A DNA stretch of 64,000 bases from a virus. The stretch is from the IMG/VR virus record IMGVR_UViG_3300021429_002604, positions 63,439-127,438 of that record. One strand, written 5' to 3'. The notes beneath the pieces are model-generated. The model did no database searches. It saw only the letters and a program-made list of their open reading frames with translations, and had not been told where the DNA came from. Positions 60,738-64,000 of the stretch are shown piece by piece (position 1 is the first letter of the stretch; each line of letters begins with the position of its first letter). The translations under genes and the position numbers were made by a program.

Positions 60738-61283
60738 ATGACAAAGATAGTTACATCGTTTGATCAGTTTATCAGCGGAATGAATGAATCCGATGGATTC
60801 GGAACATCACCCTTTCTATTAGAAAAATCCGGTGATGTATACCACTATTTCTTCAATATAGATCAGGAAAGCAGCGAAGACCAAATGGGCTTCCATCTAA
60901 TTGTTGGAAAATACTCTGATAATGAGGTTATCGAGGGACCTAAAAATTCATACTGTGTATTAACACTGAATCAGATTGCATCTGAGGTTATTGATGACAT
61001 CGCAGTGGATAAAGAGGAGATACCACAAACAAGCAAGGAGAAGTTCAAGATGGAAGGAAATGAGATATCCAGACTTATGGAATCCATATTCAAATGTGTT
61101 AATAGCTATCTTGAAGCAAACTCTAAGGTTGTCAGAATTTATGATGAGATGCAGGACAATTTAGAATTTGATGGCAAAGGGGAATATATGGAATATATGA
61201 AATCCATAGCTATATCTCAGCTTGGAGGCAATTGGTCAATTCAGCAAGGTGCCACTCAGAAGTCCATTATTATTAGTAGATAA
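60738..61283 (+). CDS. Hypothetical protein with capsid-targeting-like N-terminus
   Basis: Starts MTKIVTSFDQFISGMNE; acidic 181-aa product. Confidence 0.55.
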   Translation: MTKIVTSFDQFISGMNESDGFGTSPFLLEKSGDVYHYFFNIDQESSEDQMGFHLIVGKYSDNEVIEGPKNSYCVLTLNQIASEVIDDIAVDKEEIPQTSKEKFKMEGNEISRLMESIFKCVNSYLEANSKVVRIYDEMQDNLEFDGKGEYMEYMKSIAISQLGGNWSIQQGATQKSIIISR

Positions 61284-61307
61284 CGAAACAAATTAGTGAA
61301 TCCAATA

Positions 61308-61315
61308 TATAAATA
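61308..61315 (+). promoter_or_regulatory. TATAAATA (T4 late-promoter consensus)
   Basis: Exact match 22 nt upstream of the Hc1-like ATG; could be chance in AT-rich DNA. Confidence 0.35.
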
Positions 61316-61337
61316 GTAATAAATAAAACAAATCAAA

Positions 61338-61517
61338 ATGGAAAAATTCGAACAAATCAAGGCTCTTATCGAGCAAACCCAAGGAGACGCTGAAAAGTTT
61401 TTCAGCAAAGGGAACGGAACAGCTGGTACTAGACTTAGACAAGCTATGCAGGAGTTAAAAAAACTTGCTCAGGATCTTAGAATCGAAGTACAGGAAGCTA
61501 AGAATAATAAAGCTTAA
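61338..61517 (+). CDS. Hc1/histone-H1-like small protein (59 aa, below the ORF-track cutoff)
   Basis: Hand translation: MEKFEQIKALIEQTQGDAEKFFSKGNGTAGTRLRQAMQELKKLAQDLRIEVQEAKNNKA. The KF..KGN..AGTR.R..MQ.LK.LAQ..R pattern matches the Bacteroidota 'histone H1' family as recalled. Confidence 0.75.
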   Translation: MEKFEQIKALIEQTQGDAEKFFSKGNGTAGTRLRQAMQELKKLAQDLRIEVQEAKNNKA

Positions 61518-61544
61518 TTTTTTAACCACTTAAAACAAATTTAC

Positions 61545-61778
61545 ATGGCCTATTATCTTGTAAAAGTTAATTTTGAATCTGGTGAAGTTAATAAAGCTGG
61601 TGACCCAATCTACAAGAAATCTGAATTTCTTGTTGCTGGAGAATCAGTAATCGAATGTGAAAAGAAAGTTGCCGAGTACATGGACGGCACTGTCGGAGGC
61701 TTCGAAACTTTTCAGATTTCTAAAACAAAAATAGAATCTGTCATCTATGACAAAGAAAAGTACGAAGACATCATCTAA
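61545..61778 (+). CDS. DUF4494-like small protein
   Basis: YLVKVNF.SGE...KKSEFLVAGESVIECEKKV...FETFQISKTKIESV resembles the Bacteroidota DUF4494 family. Confidence 0.55.
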   Translation: MAYYLVKVNFESGEVNKAGDPIYKKSEFLVAGESVIECEKKVAEYMDGTVGGFETFQISKTKIESVIYDKEKYEDII

Positions 61779-62007
61779 TCCTGCAGACACAAGCTCTTAT
61801 GTCCCGCCACAGTCACCCATAGCTATACAGCCAGGGGATACAGGATTCACTACTGTCGGCAAAGCCTACAATAGATTTATCTGGACATTTGGAGATTGGA
61901 ATAAACAGAAAAAGAAGATAATAAATCCCGATACCAATTGGGATCTAAATTCGAAACCCATGACTGATAAGGAATGGGAAAATAAGAAAAAGGACTTATA
62001 TTTATAA
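61747..62007 (+). CDS. Hypothetical protein
   Basis: 86 aa; overlaps the previous gene by 32 nt and ends inside a terminator hairpin. Confidence 0.45.
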   Translation: MTKKSTKTSSNPADTSSYVPPQSPIAIQPGDTGFTTVGKAYNRFIWTFGDWNKQKKKIINPDTNWDLNSKPMTDKEWENKKKDLYL

Positions 62008-62019
62008 GTCCTTTTTTTT
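61987..62019 (+). terminator. Probable (possibly bidirectional) intrinsic terminator
   Basis: AAAAAGGACTTATA-tt-TATAAGTCCTTTTTTTT perfect inverted repeat with a T tract. Confidence 0.7.
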
Positions 62020-62021
62020 GT

Positions 62022-62029
62022 GATATATA
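62022..62029 (+). promoter_or_regulatory. GATATATA putative late-promoter motif
   Basis: Immediately after the terminator hairpin, 4 nt before the CHAP gene ATG. Confidence 0.5.
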
Positions 62030-62033
62030 GTTC

Positions 62034-62780
62034 ATGAGGAATATTAAAAGGTTCGCTGAATTTGTTTTTGAGGGTTTGTCAGGCCTGACAAAAAGTGCTC
62101 TCGATGCAGTAACACTAGAGAATCCTCCTGGATCAAATAAGGGTGATAAAGTTGAGGTCATGCAAAGATCTGTTGGTATTTCTCCAGGTGATCCTTGGTG
62201 TGCAGCTTTTGTTTATAGCATCTTTAAGAATGCAAACATTGATCCTGCTATAATGAGGAGAATACCCAAAACGGGAGGGGTAAATAAAATGTGGCAAAGT
62301 GCTACTAATGCCAAGAAAATAACCAAGGAAGAAGCTTTAAAAAACCCGGAACTCATACTTCCAGGAATGGTTTTTTTCTATTTAACCAAGAACGATAAGG
62401 GTCAATATCCAGGAACAGGTCATACGGGAATGGTGATAAAAGTTGACAAAAACAATAAAACTATCACATCAATCGAAGGTAATACTAATCCATTCGATGG
62501 TGCCAGAGAGGGATTTGGTTCGTTTGTGATTACTAGAAAAATAGAGGATCCAAGTATATCTAAAGATCCTAAATTACATCCATCCAAAATGCTTGGCTTT
62601 ATAGACTTCCTTGATGGGTACAGGAATCCAGAAGATCTTGAATATTCAAAATTCATTAAAAGCCTTGGTAAGATAGAATTAGCATACAGGAATCAAACAA
62701 TAGAGGAGATCTGGAAAATCCAAAAATTTCCGGGCATATTGGATCAATATGCATTAAATTACGAAAATAGAGATAAATAA
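62034..62780 (+). CDS. CHAP/NlpC-P60-like peptidoglycan hydrolase
   Basis: Catalytic pattern PGDPWCAAFV...GHTGMV...SIEGNTN; N-terminus MRNIKRFAEFVFE. Confidence 0.8.
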   Translation: MRNIKRFAEFVFEGLSGLTKSALDAVTLENPPGSNKGDKVEVMQRSVGISPGDPWCAAFVYSIFKNANIDPAIMRRIPKTGGVNKMWQSATNAKKITKEEALKNPELILPGMVFFYLTKNDKGQYPGTGHTGMVIKVDKNNKTITSIEGNTNPFDGAREGFGSFVITRKIEDPSISKDPKLHPSKMLGFIDFLDGYRNPEDLEYSKFIKSLGKIELAYRNQTIEEIWKIQKFPGILDQYALNYENRDK

Positions 62781-62792
62781 AACAAACTCAAT

Positions 62793-63170
62793 ATGCCAGC
62801 AGTAAGTACAGCACAACAAGCATTAATGGGACAAGCGTATGCAGTTAAGGTGGGAGAACTAAAGCCTTCTGATCTTAATCCCAAATACAGAAAAAGAATT
62901 TTAGCACTTGCAGATAGCATGTCTAAAAAAGAACTTGATGCATTTGCATCGACAAAACATAAGGGATTACCACATCATATCGATGAGGAAGTTACCGGTG
63001 AGCTTGCCGTTAGCTTAGAACCGGTTGGATCCGATGAAATGCCAAGTTTCCAACCCAAGGGTCCTGGTAAAATAATCCCATTCTTGAATCCCGATTCGAA
63101 ACAGAAAACTAAGGGTAAAAAAAATCTCCAAAATCTGAAAGATTACAGGGACTGGATAGCTAACAAATAA
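62793..63170 (+). CDS. DUF3008-like protein
   Basis: MPAVSTAQQALMG...SMSKKELDAFASTKHKGLP matches the DUF3008 pattern. Confidence 0.6.
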   Translation: MPAVSTAQQALMGQAYAVKVGELKPSDLNPKYRKRILALADSMSKKELDAFASTKHKGLPHHIDEEVTGELAVSLEPVGSDEMPSFQPKGPGKIIPFLNPDSKQKTKGKKNLQNLKDYRDWIANK

Positions 63171-63189
63171 AAAGTCATATAGCTAACTA

Positions 63190-64000
63190 ATGGCTCAATT
63201 CCCATCCAACCCCCGAATAGGACAAGCTTTTCTTGCAGACTCTAATCTTTATGTTTGGAGTGGCTACCAGTGGATCGTTGCACAGGTGGGCGGTTCAGGG
63301 AATAGCTCAGCAGGTACATCGGGAACTAGTGGTGTTGATGGTAATTTCTACGGTTCCTCAGGATCTAGTGGAACGAGAGGATCCAGCGGAACATCGGGAA
63401 CACCTGGAACACCTGGTGGTGACGGTGAACCAGGATCAGCAGGAACATCAGGAATCAATGGGTCCAGCGGAACATCAGGATCAACAGGAACACCCGGATC
63501 TTCCGGATCAGCAGGAACATCAGGATCAACGGGAACACCAGGATCTTCCGGATCATCGGGAACCCAGGGATCTTCAGGAACATCTGGTTCTAATGGGTCT
63601 TCCGGAGTCAGTGGAGTGAATGGGGTCGATGGGTCTACAGGAACATCAGGAACTAGCGGAAGCTCCGGTGTAACCGGATCTGCTGGAACATCAGGATCTG
63701 CAGGGACATCGGGAGCAGTAGGATCACCGGGATCTGCTGGAACCTCAGGAACACCGGGATCTGCAGGAACATCTGGTTCTAATGGTTCTTCGGGAGTCAG
63801 CGGAGTCAACGGTGTTGATGGATCCTCTGGAACTAGTGGAAGCTCTGGTGTAACCGGATCTGCTGGAACTTCAGGATCTGCTGGATCTGCTGGAACCTCA
63901 GGAACACCAGGATCTGCAGGAACATCTGGTTCTAATGGTTCTTCAGGAGTCAGCGGAGTCAACGGTGTTGATGGATCCTCTGGAACTAGTGGAAGCTCTG
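63190..64000 (+). CDS. 5' part of a Ser/Thr-rich collagen-like fibre protein (runs off the window end; absent from the ORF track)
   Basis: ATG at 63190 gives MAQFPSNPRIGQAFLADSNLYVWSGYQWIVAQVGG, then near-continuous Gly-X-Y (GSS, GTS, GSA, GVD, GTP) with no stop up to 64000. Confidence 0.85.
   Translation, partial: MAQFPSNPRIGQAFLADSNLYVWSGYQWIVAQVGGSGNSSAGTSGTSGVDGNFYGSSGSSGTRGSSGTSGTPGTPGGDGEPGSAGTSGINGSSGTSGSTGTPGSSGSAGTSGSTGTPGSSGSSGTQGSSGTSGSNGSSGVSGVNGVDGSTGTSGTSGSSGVTGSAGTSGSAGTSGAVGSPGSAGTSGTPGSAGTSGSNGSSGVSGVNGVDGSSGTSGSSGVTGSAGTSGSAGSAGTSGTPGSAGTSGSNGSSGVSGVNGVDGSSGTSGSS
63577..64000 (+). repeat. Three related copies of a collagen-coding block (spacing 189 and 153 nt)
   Basis: tctggttctaatgg recurs at 63583, 63772 and 63925. 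The last two copies are nearly identical at DNA level. Confidence 0.85.

Noticed and set aside
63233-63962. Track ORFs 63233..63619 (+) and 63348..63962 (-)
   Set aside because: Off-frame and antisense shadows of the Gly-X-Y gene starting at 63190. Their DP/EP/QEH periodicity simply mirrors GGA-TCN codons.
1-64000. Stop-codon reassignment (TAG or TGA read-through) as in some Bacteroidota megaphages
   Set aside because: Genes are long and intact in code 11. TAG (27998, 54882) and TGA (42900) end genes at sensible boundaries.
1-64000. tRNA, rRNA or large ncRNA genes
   Set aside because: Intergenic gaps are almost all under 90 nt and AT-rich, and no cloverleaf or T-loop signatures were seen. 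A covariance search was not possible.

Overview
A densely packed, AT-rich, almost entirely plus-strand 64 kb segment of a large contractile-tailed (T4-like, jumbo) phage genome in the standard genetic code. The host is probably a Bacteroidota: there are Hc1/histone-H1-like and DUF4494-like small genes, a two-component-type propeller protein, and A-rich start regions without Shine-Dalgarno motifs. Bases 1-51.2 kb are a baseplate/neck/tail-fibre module (LysM/gp53-like, hub, gp5-like spike, gp13-like neck, gp25, gp6 and very large fibre/wedge proteins). It is interrupted by an S1-domain protein, an amidoligase, a methyltransferase, a glycosyltransferase and a minus-strand phoH. Bases 51.2-57.1 kb are a replication/recombination cluster (RuvC-like, gmhA, gp32-like SSB, primase, UvsY, UvsW). 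Bases 57.2-64 kb hold nucleotidyltransferases, small proteins, a CHAP hydrolase and the start of a Ser/Thr collagen-like gene. Leading hypotheses, all inferred from motifs without database searches: (1) a phage O-glycosylation system, with a plant SGT1/HPAT-like glycosyltransferase and a methyltransferase beside mucin-like Thr tracts, a strongly over-represented G-x-T-G motif and a Pro-poor Ser/Thr collagen; (2) two paralogous C-terminal Hint (BIL-type) autoprocessing domains on virion proteins; (3) a Pol-beta NTase next to an RNA-ligase-like/NMNAT-like fusion; (4) several proteins with T4 capsid-targeting-like N-termini, several of them behind a recurrent GATAWATA putative late promoter.
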